Assembly (NCBI RefSeq): GCF_009914755.1
Contig: NC_060947.1
DNA: 64,000 nt
Direction: 5' to 3' (one strand)
From: the human T2T-CHM13v2.0 reference genome, Homo sapiens
Within the stretch, counting starts at the first letter, position 1. Each line of letters starts with the position of its first letter. Made by a program: the position numbers and the translations under genes. The notes beneath the pieces were generated by a model, which did not search any database, was not told where the DNA came from, and saw only the letters and a program-made list of their open reading frames with translations. Positions 1 to 14,010 of this stretch are shown here, piece after piece.

Positions 1-624
1 AGGGAATAATTTCTCTGGATTTTTACATTCATGTAATAACTTTTGAAGACCTTAAAAAAGAATAAATACTTAAACTATGATTAGAAATGTCAAAGTAAAT
101 GTATAGAAGCAACTAGAAAATATTTGTTGAGGTAATGCCTATCAAAGAACTGATAGCTATATTGTTTTTATCTAATAGCAGTTATGATTTATTTGCCTTC
201 CTCTCAGCTGCCTATAGGAGTTTTTCCTACAGATAGGAGAGTTTCCTTAGGAACTTTTAGGCCCAGAGCCCACCAGCTACGATTTCATCCCTTAGCAAAA
301 TGTCAGTGATGAATGTAGCAGCTAACAATTATTATTTGTTTACATTGTACCAGAAAGTGCTTTACAATTTTTAATTCATTTTATCCTCATACGAATTCTG
401 TGTGGTATAGGTACTGTTATCCCCATTTTACAGGAAAATAAAAGGCTTACAACTGAGAAATTCTTCAGCTTAGGTTTGGATCACATTTTGTTCTGTCTGC
501 TGGTGCTTTTGATTCCTGGGACTGGATTCTGTTCTGCTAAGGCCCACTTCTCCAATGCTTTTTTTTCTCTCTGTTCTCCAGATTGGATAATTTCTATTGG
601 TCTGGATTTCAACTCCAGAATTTC

Positions 625-1008
625 TTTTTTTAATTTAATTGTATTATTATTTTTTTAACTTATTTTTTATTTCAATAGATTTTGGGGGAACAGATGGTGG
701 TTGGTTACATGAATAAGTTCTTTAGTGGTGATTTCTGAGATTTCAGTGCACCCATCACACGAGCAGTGTACATGTATACTGTATCAGTGTGTAGTCTTTT
801 ATTCCTCACCCCCCTCCCACTCTTTCCCCCTAAGTCTCTAAAGTCCACTGTATCATTCTTATGCCTTTGTGTCCTCATAGCTTAGCTCCCTCTTATGAGT
901 AAGAACATACAATGTGTGGTTTTCCATTCCTAAGTTACATAGGATAATGGTCTCCAATTCCATCCAGGTTGCTGTGAATGCCATTATTTCATTCCTTTTT
1001 ATGGCTGA
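625..1008 (-). mobile_element. L1 3' end fragment (L1PB-like)
   Basis: T-rich tail followed by ttggttacatgaataagttctttagtggtgatttctgaga... (L1PB-type 3'UTR). Confidence 0.75.
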
Positions 1009-1809
1009 CAACTTCGGCATTTCCGTTTGTTTTTTGTAGTTTCTATTTCTCTGTTGTGATTCTTTGTTAAGTCATTGTCATCATATTTTCTATTAATTCT
1101 TCAAATAAAGTTTATTTTAATTCTTTGAAGTCATCTATAATAGTCACTTTCAAGTCTTTGCTAAATCTAATATGTGGGCTCAAACTAACTAGAGTTAGTT
1201 TCTATTGATTGCCTTTTTATTAAATTAATTAATTTTTTTTTACAGTTTTTCCTTTGCTTAACATTTTTTGTTGTTGTTGCTAATGACAGTTTAGATAGCA
1301 TGTTGTAGCAACTCTGGATTCTGATTTATTTTTCTGAGGCTTTTTTTTTTTAAAATCAAAAGTAACTGTCCTAACTTATACTGCCGAATAGATCTTCTCT
1401 GTGGTATGTAGCTGTCGATGTCTCCACTCAGTTTTTTAACTCTTATTTGTAGTTATTAGCCTCACTTCCTGCTGGTTGTCCCTGTGTCTACATAGCTTAG
1501 TGCTCAATCAGTGATTAGGTCAGAGCTTGTGCTTAAACACCTTGAGTCCATAGGGCTTCTACCCTCTGCCAGTTGCTCTGTGTGTGGGTTGGGAGCACCT
1601 TCAAAGTTATAGCCAGTTCTCAGTCCACCTTCAATTTCACCTTCCACCAGGCCCTCACTGGTCTTCCCTGCACATGTGCCTAGTTTCCCAGTCAGCCAGG
1701 GATGTGTGGAGTGCTTATTTGGCCCTTCTATTACTATTTCAGTTATAGGATCTCTCTTTTAAATTTCTGACTGGGTTTTCCTCGTTAGTTTTCTACTAAG
1801 TTGGCCATT

Positions 1810-3925
1810 CAAAAATTAAAAAAAAAATGTTGTGGGTATGTAGTAGGTGTACGTATTTATGAGGTACATGAGATATTTCAATACAGGCATAAAATGTGTA
1901 ATAATCACATCAGAGTAAATGGGGTATCCATAGCCTCAAGCATTTATCCTTTCTTTATGTTACAGACAATCCAATTATACAGTTTTAGTTATTTTTAAAT
2001 CTATAAAAAGTTGTTGACTGCAGTCACCCTGTTATGCTATCAAATAGATCTTATTCATTCTATCTAAGTATATTTTTGTACCCATTAACCATCCCCTCGA
2101 CCCAGTACCCTTCTCAGCCTCATTCTACTCTCTATCTCCATGGGTTCAATTGTTTTCATTTTTAGCTCCCACAAATAAGTGAGAACATGTGAAGTTTTCT
2201 TTCTGGGGCTGGCTTATTTCACTTAGTATTGTCTAGTTTCATCCATGTAGTTGTAAATGACAGGATTTCATTCTTTTTTATGGCTTAATTGTACTCCATT
2301 GTATATATATACCACATTTTCTTTATCCATTTGTCTGTTGATGAACACATAGGTTGCTTCCAAATCTTGGCTATTGTGAACAGTTCTACAATAAACACGG
2401 GAGTGCAGATGTTCCTTCGATGTACTGATTTTCTTTCTTTTAGGTATATACCCAGCAGTGGGATTGGTGGACTGTAAGGTAGCTCTATTTTTAGTTGTTC
2501 GAGGATCCTCCAAACTGTTCTCCATAGTGGTTGTACTAATTTACATTCCCAGTAACAAAGTACAAGGGTTCTCTTTTCTCAACAACCTCACCAGAATTTG
2601 TTTTTGCCTGTCTTTTGAATAAAAGCCATTTTAACTGGGGTAAGATGATATCTCATTGTAATTTTTGATTTGCATTTCTCTGATAATCATTCATGTTGTG
2701 CACCTTTTCATATACCTGTTTGCCTTTTGTATGCCTTCATTTGAGAAATGTCTATTCAGATCTTTGTGTCTATGTGTCTGTTTTTATGCCAATATCATGC
2801 CATTTTGGTTACTATAGCTCTGTAGTATAATTTGAAGTTAAGTAATGTGATTCTTCCAGTTTTGTTGTTTTTGCTCAGGATAACATTGGCTATTCTGGAT
2901 CTTTTGTGGTTCCATATAAATTTTAGGAATTTTTTTCTATTTCTTTGAAGAATGTCATTGATATTTTGATGGGGATTACAGTGAATCTGTAGATTGCTTT
3001 TGGTAGTATGGGCGTTTTCACAGTATTGATTCTTCTAATCCATTAACATGGAGTATCTACTTTTTTGTGTCCTCTTCAATTTCTCGCATCAATGTTTTTA
3101 TAGTTTTCATTGTGGAGACCTTTCACTTCTTTAGTTAAGTTTATTCCTAGGTATTTTATTTTATTCGTAGCTATTGTAAATGAGATTATCTTCTTGACTT
3201 CTTTTACAGATCGCTTTCTCTTAGAATATAGAAATGCTACTGATATTTGTATGTTGATTTTGTATCCTGTAACTTTACTCAGTTTATCATTTTAATAGTT
3301 TTTTTGGTAGAACCTTTAGGTTTTTCCAAATATAAGATCATATTGTCTACAAACAAGGGTAATTTGACTTCTTTCTTTCTAATTTGGATGCCCCTTATTT
3401 CCTTCTGTTGTCTGATTGCTCTAGCTAGGACTTCTAGTACTATGTTGAATAATAGTGGTAAAAGTGGACATCCTTGTCTTGTCTAGATCTTAGAGGAAAG
3501 GCTTTCAGTTTTTCCCCATTCAGTGTGATACTAACTGTGGCTCTGTCATATATGACTATTACTGTGTTTAGGTATATTCCTTCTATATCCGGTTTTTCGA
3601 GAGTTTTTATCCTGAAACGATGTTGAATTTTATTAAATGCTTCTTTAGCATCAGTTTACATGATCATATGCCCCGTGTTTCTTTCCACTGTGATAGGACA
3701 GCACTGAGTTCCAGTGCAAAGTCCCACAATCACCGTACTCTCCTTCCCCCAAGCGCAGAGGTTTTTCTCTCTGTGCCCATGTGGCTGCTGCTGGGGAATG
3801 AGGGAAGGACGGTATAGGCAATTCAAGACTGGCTTTCCTACCCTCTTCAGTGCCTCTTTCCTTGATGTGATGTTAAAACCAGGTATTGTGATTGTTCACC
3901 TGGATTTTGGTTCTTATGAAGATGC

Positions 3926-3958
<33 letters not shown>

Positions 3959-4040
3959 CTAGTTGTTCAATTTGGTGTTCCTGCAGGGAGGACACTTGCT
4001 GGAGGTTTCTACAGCCTTCTTGCTCTGCTTCATCCTCTAT
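1810..4040 (-). mobile_element. L1MA-type LINE with internal deletions, flanked by GTTGGCCATT direct repeat
   Basis: L1 3'UTR and ORF2 remnants at 1815-3668, then 5'UTR-like sequence. GTTGGCCATT at 1800-1809 and 4041-4050. Confidence 0.75.
3928..3957. repeat. (TG)15 microsatellite
   Basis: Direct read. Confidence 0.95.
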
Positions 4041-6969
4041 GTTGGCCATTTTTATCTGACAAAGCTGTGGCTTTTCACTGCCACCCCCAGTTGAGTCTAC
4101 CCACTGGGGCAGCAAAGCTGCTGATTTCCCAGCCAGCCTTTTTCTGACAAAACTAAGGTCTCACTGAGCTAGGAGGGACAGGAGTAGTCTCAGGCAAAAA
4201 GGCCATAGTGCCTGCTCTACTTAATGCCAAGTTCTAGCAGTTTTTAAATATTAAATTTTGTTTAATTTATTGCTCCCCCTTGATGAATTCCCAGATTCCT
4301 AAAATGGTTATTTGTTGACAATGTTGTCCAGTTTTATACTTGGTTTTTGTAGAAATGATTTGTCAACCTTCTCATGCCATTATACCTGCAAGCCTGGCTT
4401 CCATGGATTACAATTTTTTTTTTCATGGCCCACTTTTTAACCTTGGCTAATATTCTGATTTCTAGATCTTTGACTGGCTGTTTTTATGCTGCCTAGTCTT
4501 TTGCTACTCTCCCTTTCAAGTCCCTGTTCTGTCCTGGCTTCTAGAAACTCTGAGCCCCTGTGCTTTCCCTTGGCTTAAGTGGTGATTACCACTTCTCCCT
4601 CTTATGTTTCCATCCGGCCATCCCTGCTCTCTGCCCTTCAAACCTTCCTATAATATGCACCTGAAAAATTCATTGGAGGTTACTGACTTTAAGAGGTAGG
4701 CCTAAAGCTGAATCTCTCCCCTACCTAACCCTGACTCCAGTCAAAAGCACAAAGGAAAACAGCTTTAGAACTGCTTTGAAAAATGATAGATAATGGTTTA
4801 AAGCCATTTGCTCCACTGTCTTTGGTTCTTTCCTCTCATCACGTTATTTCTCAGTCCACCTATCCTGTTTCATTCCCAGTCTAAATTATTCAATAGTTTT
4901 AGATTTAGGCTTCTTAAATCCAATACTCAAATCTGATGACTTTGGCAAATGATTTCCAGTATCCCTATGACCATCTACATGTAATACGGTAGTCACAGAT
5001 CTATATAATCTTGCCCTTCAATATTTGCTTCAGATCAGTTCCAACTCTTTTTTAAAAAAAAAAATCTGTGGAAAATTGAAGGGTTTCACCAATTTTTTGG
5101 TGAATTTTCAGGGTCTTCTCAGGGGCTCCTGCATATTGGCAATACAGTCAGTCTAATTGTTTGATTTCAAAATGTCATTATTCATTTAGTTGTGTAGAAA
5201 GGCCTGGATTAGTAATTGAAAAACTCCTAAATGTGTTATCTTTAACATCGTCCTAGGATACTGATGAACTTTCAGATTCTAATGGTCTTAACTATTTCTA
5301 ATATTTTATTCATGCCTTAGAAATATACTGGCTTTGCAGGCTTAGGCAAACTGAGATTTGTGTGGTTTTCTTTTCTGTCATTGAAAAACAAATAGCTCTT
5401 TCACAAGGGTATTAAATTGGTTAACTTTTGGGAAAAGTTCTCCAGAAATGGAAATCAGTGCAATGCTTGTAATTCTTGTTTCCTCAGACTATATGTCTAT
5501 TTCAGGGAAATAACATTTAGAAATTTAAGGTCTTCTTTGCATAGTAAAGGGATATGAGTAAATTCCTTTTCCTTCTTGTTTTTTTTTTTTAAAGGAAACA
5601 TCTGGCTGGACCTTTTCAGGCATTGTAGAGACTTTTAGCCTCATGATACTCATTGGCTTGAATGGACATCTTTCAGGTCTGAAAATTCATGAGTTAATCG
5701 AGTGGGGATCATTCTGGAGTAGCTCTACTACACTAGTTTACTTTGAACAGCATCATGATTATATTTTCACAAAGCCCTGAAATAACGTTTTGCTTCTTTG
5801 TGGGTGTAGGAGATAAAGACCCTTTATCTTTTATTCTCATGGAATCCATTTTAGCTGCACTAATGTGCATTAAGAAGTTTCTAAGGCGATGGGAAATGTC
5901 AGCAAGAATGAAATTAATTGGGTGGTCATCCCTGAAGGTACATATTTAGGGGTTGGTTCACAGAATTGTCACTTCATCAGCTTGCTTAAAAATAGAGGAT
6001 TTACTTACTGCTCGGCTTGAGTTGAAAGTAATTTCTTTCCCTCAGGATCACCTTCTTTGACAGAAATTATTTTAGCCCGCCTCACTTTTAACTCACTCTC
6101 ATTCTACTGAGACCAAACACGTCTGAATTCTCTATCTTTTGAAAAATATGTAAAAATGCATTAAATGTCTTTATAAATTATGTTCCTGCCCAGAACTTTT
6201 GTTTGCAAAAGCATTATCTATAGCATGGAATGTGAGTGATATAATCTGCAGGATATTAATAAGAAAGCAATAAATACACTATTGCTTTTCCATTCCATAT
6301 TCCCTAGACTATCTGTAGGAGTTGATAAGAAAAATGTAAAACTTTAGCCTGATGTATATCTATTTTATATGGTCCAAAGAAATAGGTGTACCAATGTCTT
6401 TTTCTTCAGATTCTTGTATTTTGGTATTATATTCCTTTTATGTATCTCATTCTCCAGTATAATTTCATCCCCATTATTGTGGGATTTGAAATTTCTATGA
6501 GACCTCTCCTTACCTTATCCACCAAATCCTTTCTCAAACACAGACTGCAGAAGCACCCTAAAGACATAGTAAGAAGAATTTAAAGCACTTGAATGATATT
6601 CTCTGTTTATTGAAGTGGATGTATACATGCAATAAATTCATTTTAATGGATTTAGTGATCTTCTGTTCAGCACTTACCATTTGGACAACAGTCAAAGCCC
6701 ATAAGCAACTTAAAATCTTGTTGGGACATAAGCTGTGCAAACTCAGATGCCTTCAGGGGCCAGTCAGTTAACAAATGGTTGACCTACATGGGTGTAAACA
6801 ACAGGGAGTGGTAGGGACTGTAGAAAACTAGTAATTACACACACCACTTGAAGGAATTCCAATTCAATAGTTTGTTAAGCCATTGTGTTGGGCAAGCAAA
6901 ACAGTTTTCTGGGAAGATTCAGCCCATTGGGTTGGACTTAGTCTGTGGATAGCCAACTTTTCAGCATTC

Positions 6970-7800
<831 letters not shown>

Positions 7801-7861
7801 CACATGTAGCCTTACATTAGAGAATAGTAAAACTAAATATATAATAAACTTGGATGTAATA

Positions 7862-7977
7862 CGGGAGATATACAAAATGTTTAACAGCTGGTTTGGCATG
7901 GGCCCTGAACAAATAGAAGAAATAACAGCATCAACAACTGGTAGGATCTACTGGTGCAGCTGCTTAATATCAGCTCT
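7862..7977 (+). mobile_element. MER53-like hAT MITE
   Basis: gggagatatacaaaatgtttaacagctgg...cttaatatcagctct resembles MER53 termini. Confidence 0.5.
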
Positions 7978-8382
7978 GGGTATTATCAAGTCTCCATACG
8001 TGCCCTAGAGTCAATAAGAGCCCTGGGAGGTCAGGAATGGTAAGATCATGTGTCTGAAATAAGATGTTTTCGTTATTCTTGTTGAAGCTTCAGAAGCCCC
8101 ATTAAGGTCTAGTTTCAGAGACTGGTTGTTTGGTTTGCTTTGTCTACCTTTGTCTACCAGCAGTTAGGAACATTTTCCCTGCATGGCCCTTACCTGAATA
8201 TTTTAAAAGTTTGTTATTTTAAAGAGAGGGGAGTTGGGAAGAACAAAAAGAGAAGGGACAAGCTCTAGGAATACACGTTATCTTTTGTATGTATTATGAT
8301 TCATTCCAGTGTTATTTAGAAGCCAAGGCACCCACCTGGATTTTCCCCTCTTGACCTACAAATGTTGGGTTCTTTGGATAGT

Positions 8383-8988
8383 GCATTAGTTTCCTATTGC
8401 TACTGTAACAAACTCCTACAACCTAAGCAGCTTAAAACAGCACAGATTTATTATCTCACAGTTCTCTAGCTCAGAAGTCTAGGGTAGCTTGGTTGTTTTC
8501 TCTGCTTTGGATTTCATAAGGCTGAAATCAGAGTGTCAGCCGGCTGGGCTCTTATGGGGAGGTTCTGGGAATAATCCCCTTCCAAGGGGATTCAAGTTGT
8601 TGGCAGAATCCAGTTCTTTCTGATTGTAGGGGTAAGGTCTTTACTTCCTTGCTGGCTATCGCCTGGAAGCCACTCTTTGTTCTCAGAGGGATTTATGCAG
8701 TCCTTGCCCATTGCCCCTACATCTTAGAGCCAGCAGCGTGTCAAATCCTTCTTACCCTTCCTCCTCTCCGACTTCCTCCTCTGTTGCATCTCTCTGATTC
8801 CAGCCAAACAAGGTTGTCTGCTTTTAAGGGCTTGTGATTAGATTGAGCCTACCTGAATAATCCAGGATAATCTCTCTATTTTAAGGTCCTTAAGCTTAAT
8901 TACACCTGCAAAGTCCTTCTTACTATGTAATGTAACATGTTCATAGGATCCAGGGATTAGGACTTGGCCATAATTTTACCTACTACAG
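8383..8988 (-). mobile_element. MLT1-type LTR
   Basis: tgcattagtttcctattgctactgtaacaa...gtgattagattgagcctacctgaataatccaggataatctc...cctactaca. Confidence 0.75.
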
Positions 8989-9920
8989 GTAGCCAAGTTA
9001 GGTCAATAGAGGTGCTTTCCCCTTCACTTGTTTCCTCAGGAAAGTAGGCCAACCAGCAAGTTTATGTTAAACACTAGGGCTTAATTGAAATACCCTAAAT
9101 TTGAAGGAAAAGAATATGCATTTTATGGAAATATGTCTAGGTTTCGGTTTTGAAGAGAGAAGAGGTGCTCTTTCTTGATTTCCAGTAATGTCTACAGTAT
9201 AATATAATGCTTAGGCGAACTGGTTTGAAGTCAGACAGACCAGGCCTCGTACAAGCACATAATGCTCATAAATCTCATTATCCTCGTCTGTGAAATGGGC
9301 TAATAATTCCTATGTTGCCATGGGGAAAAACTGATGAATAGAAGGTGCTTAGGACATAGTAAGTGCTCAATGAATGTTAGCTAAATATAATGATAATGAT
9401 AACAGAATGACATATTCATAGACTTCTTTGTAGCTGGGGAGAAGGTATGAGTTTACCAACTAGTATCAATAATTGGGTTTCCTATTAGTTTCATATTAAC
9501 CTGATATAAATTAATTTGTTAGTCTGACATAATTATCCTATTAGACGTAAATGAGTAATACAATTATTCTAGAAAGGGATTTATACAAGTTTTTTTTTTC
9601 TTTTTAATTTTTTTAGAGACTGGAACTTCTGGGCTCAGGCAGTCCTCCTGCCTCAGCCTCCCAAGTAGCTGGAACTATATTTGCATGCCACTGCTGGGCC
9701 TAGGAGTTTATTTTTAGCAATTTTGCTTAAGATGAATTGCTTGGTTTTAATCATAACAAGCAGTCACTGAAACTCACAACCATCTAAGTCAGGGTTTGGC
9801 CACTATGGCCTGTGGGCCAAATCTCACCTGCTGCCTGTTTTTGTGTGGCCCATGAGCTAAGAATAATTTTTAGAGATAAATGTTTGCAGGTGGTTTGATG
9901 ATGGGGAAGCCCTAACTTTG

Positions 9921-10686
9921 TTCTGTTTTTTGTTTTTGTTTTTTAATTAAAATAACTTTTGTTGGTACGTAGTAGTTGTAAATATTTATGGGGTACATGA
10001 GATATTTTGATACAGGCCTGCAATGCATAATCATCACATCATGGAAAATGGGAGTATCCATCCCCTCAAGCATTTATCCTTTGTGTTACAAACAATCCGC
10101 TTATATTATTATAGTTATCTTAAAATGTACAATTACTATTGACTATAGTCACCCTGTTGTGCTATCAAATACTAGGTCTTATTCATTCTTTCTAACTATA
10201 CATTTTTTGTACCCATTACCCATCCCCACTTCTCCCCCATTCCCCTACCGCCCTTCCCAACCTCTGGTAACCATCCTTCTACTCTCTATCTCCACGAGTT
10301 CAATCGTTTTGGTTTTTAGATCCCACAAATACGTGAGATCTCACAAATACGTGAGAACATGCAATGTTTGTCTTTCTGTGCCTGGCTTATTTCACTTAAC
10401 ATAATGACCTCCAGTTCCATCCATGTGTTGCAAATGACAGGATATCATTCTTTTTATGGCTGAATAGTACTCCATTGTGTATATGTACCACATTTTCTTT
10501 ATCCATTCACCTGTTGGTGGACACTTAGGCTGCTTCCAAATCTTGGCTATTGTGAACAGTGCTGCAACAAACATGGGAGTGCAGATATCTCTTTGATTAT
10601 TTCCTTTCCTTTGAGTATATACCCAGCAGTGGGGCTGCTGGATCATATGGTAGCTCCATTTTTAGTTCTTTGAGGAACCTCCAAAT
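9921..10686 (-). mobile_element. 5'-truncated L1MA 3' end
   Basis: T-rich tail, 3'UTR, and ORF2 C-terminal peptide (ICTPMFVAALFTIAKIWKQPKCP). Degenerate TSD GAAGC(CC/A)TAACTTTG. Confidence 0.85.
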
Positions 10687-10788
10687 TGGAGAAGCATAAC
10701 TTTGAACCCCAATTAAGCAAAAGGTTATCTCATCCCAAAATAATTCCATTATTCTCATTAATAGGCATATATTAGAAATAATTGTACT

Positions 10789-10918
10789 CAGCTGGGCATG
10801 GTGGCTCACGCCTGTAGTCCCAGAACTTTGGGAGGCTGAAGTGGGTGGATCACTTGAGGTCAGGAGTTTGAGACCAGCCTGGCCAACATGCCGAAACCCT
10901 GTCTCTGAAAAAAAAAAG
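10789..10918 (+). mobile_element. Alu left monomer with A-tail and 15-bp TSD
   Basis: AGAAATAATTGTACT at 10774-10788 and 10919-10933. Confidence 0.9.
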
Positions 10919-11746
10919 AGAAATAATTGTACTTGATTACTATTGTTATTTTTTGGATTTCATCAATAAAATTTGTGGACAGTTTGCTCTTAAGTACCTA
11001 CGTAATATCCTTGATTTTGCCTCTTTGCCTGTAAAGCCTAAAATATTTATGATCTCACTCTTTACAGAAAAAAATTTGCTGACTGCTGATCCCAGTAACC
11101 TATTGTGCATTTAAGGTTTGGGTGTAGACTCCTTTTAGATAGAAGGGATCCTTTAGATGTCCTAATGCAATGCCTTAATTTTATAGCTAAAACCAAACCC
11201 CAGGAAGGTAGGTGACTCTTCCCACACAATTCAGCTAGTTAGTGATAGAGGCAGTACACTTTCCACTGGAGCAGGCAGACCCTCTGGGTGGCATAGTTGG
11301 ACTTTATTCATCTTTCTTTAAATGGACCTCTGTGTTGTCACCAATCCAGAACTTTTAAATGGACAGGCCAGAGGTAATGCAGCATAGAAACCCAATTGTC
11401 CATTCAACCCATTGAATAGGGCCTGGCAAATATATAGTTGCTGTGTTTCCATTTGCAGGGACAGCCCTTTAGATTCTAGAATTTCTCTTTAAAACTTTTT
11501 CAAAAGCACTGGTGTGCTGACTTTTTTTCTGTTAAGTTAGTAACAATAAATAACTGGGCATGTTAATATATTTTCATTGAGCCATGTTCAGTTTAGGATG
11601 AGATTGTTCATTGAGCAGTACAGTAGCCCCAAACTGAGGGAATAATTTCCCCTCATGTCCAACATCCCCATTGTTCCATGTTATCTGCTAATAAACCCAG
11701 CCATGCTGTGTTTGTCTTTGCTTCCCTCCTGCCTGTATAATGATGA

Positions 11747-11896
<150 letters not shown>

Positions 11897-12326
11897 TGAC
11901 TATGATGGAGGGTAAGACATTTCTTATTTCCCCCAAAAGTGGCAGGGTATGCTGGTGAAGGAAGGTTGTTCTCCTACCTATATGCCAAATTTTCCTCACT
12001 CTCTTCACCTTACCAGTTTTTTTTAAAGCTTTATGTCACCACTGATTGAAAAAAAGTCAACTACAGTAAACCAAATTAAACCATAATGAAGTTTGCCATG
12101 AAAAGGAGCAAGTTTCCACTTTCCTTTCATAATGGCCTTACTGATTTTGTCCATGCCATTTTATTCATTCCTAGGATTGGTGGGGAAAACAGCAGGTAAC
12201 TGAGCAGATTGTAGAACCTGAGCGGACCATCTGTATGTAAGAAAGAAGCTTGGAAATATTCTTATTAACGCTAGGAAGTTATGTCTTGAGGTTTTCTACT
12301 TACATGTATCAGGTATATGTAATTAA

Positions 12327-12662
<336 letters not shown>

Positions 12663-12859
12663 TTAAAAAATTATTAAGATCTGAATGGCACAAATAAAAA
12701 GTCTGACAGCTTCCAGCCTTGGCAATAAGGACACATACTCACTGCTGGTGGAAAGATAGATGGGCTCATCCACTTTGCAGGGCAATTTGACAATATCTCA
12801 AAAAGCTGAAGTTGTGCATGCATACCTATGACCATGATGTGTGCTCCTGGAATGTGCTC

Positions 12860-13050
12860 TAATGTTGTGAGTCTTGAAATGTGGTCCTTGGACCTGCAGT
12901 AATAGCATCATGGGGGATCTTGTTAGAAATGCAAATTCCCAGGCCCCACCTTAGGTCTATTGATCAAACTTTGGATGTGGAGCTCAGAAATCTGGTGCAA
13001 TAAAACCTGCAGGTGATTGTAATGTATGCTAAAGTTTGGGAACAGCTGCC
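12860..13050. mobile_element. MER5A-like MITE inside an old L1ME fragment
   Basis: gtggtccttggacctgcag...gttagaaatgcaaattcccaggccccacc...aaagtttgggaac. Confidence 0.65.
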
Positions 13051-13449
13051 CTAGAGAACTCTTGCACAAGGCATAAAGAAGCCCATGCAAAAATGCTCAT
13101 AACAGTATTATTTATAATAGTAGAAAAAGCAAAATAACCTACATATTCCTCTGCAGGAAGATGAGTCACATGTGGCATATTCACACAAAGGAATACCATA
13201 CAGCAGTGAAAAATGAGCAACATATATTAACATGGATGAATTTCACAAGTAAAACAACTTGGGAAAATATATCAAGTATGATACTATATAAATAAAGTTG
13301 AAAATCATGCAGAACAATTCTACACATGGTTTGGAGGTCCATCCATTTGTAGTGTAAGTGTAAAGACATTCATGAGAATGACAAACACCAAATTCCGGTT
13401 GGTGGTGGCTTGTCTTGGGGAGGGTGGGCCACTGTTGCTCAAATCCTTG

Positions 13450-14010
13450 CTGGTTTCTCCTCATCTCCCATATCTCTTAATGATGGCATGCCCCAAGGCT
13501 CAGTCTTTGCACCTTTTCTGTTCTCTTCTCTCCATCTTTGCTCACTTGCTTGGTGATAACATCTAATCTCATGGTTTTAATCACATTTCTACAGTGTTGA
13601 ATGCAGGGGATGGAATTTATCACCCTTGTTCATACCACTACTATCTCCCACCTGGATTATGGTAATAGCCTCCTCATTGGCCTCCCTGCTTTTGTTCTTA
13701 CCCCCCTTCAGTCTATTCTAAATATAATATTGTAGCGATTTTAAGACGTTTTACAATCACATCGTGTCACTTCTTTGCTCAAAAGCTTTTATCAGCATCC
13801 CATCTCACTCAGAGAAAGAGCCAAATTATTTATAATGGCCTTAAGGTCTGTTATCTTTCTGCCTGTACCTCCTGCTACTCTCCCCCTTCCTCCCTCCTTC
13901 TGTTCCGGCCACACTGGCCTCCTTCGTGTTTATAGAGCACACCTGACACGCTCTGCTCTGGGAGCATTTATACCTGGGGTTGGCTTTCTCTTGGAAAACT
14001 TCCCCAAGTG
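13450..14010 (+). mobile_element. L2 fragments
   Basis: ctcccacctggattatggtaatagcctcctcattggcctccctgc; catgtcact-like and ggccacactggcctcctt motifs. Confidence 0.6.

Larger units (their letters stand above)
9790..11090. mobile_element. hAT-Charlie (MER58-like termini) element hosting an L1 and an Alu monomer
   Basis: cagggtttggcccactatggcctgtgggccaaatc... start; ...ctttacagaaaaaaatttgctgactgctg end. Confidence 0.6.

Noticed and set aside
10318-10353. 18-bp tandem duplication in the L1 3'UTR (similar 21-bp one near 44160-44200)
   Set aside because: Ordinary diverged slippage duplications inside repeats.
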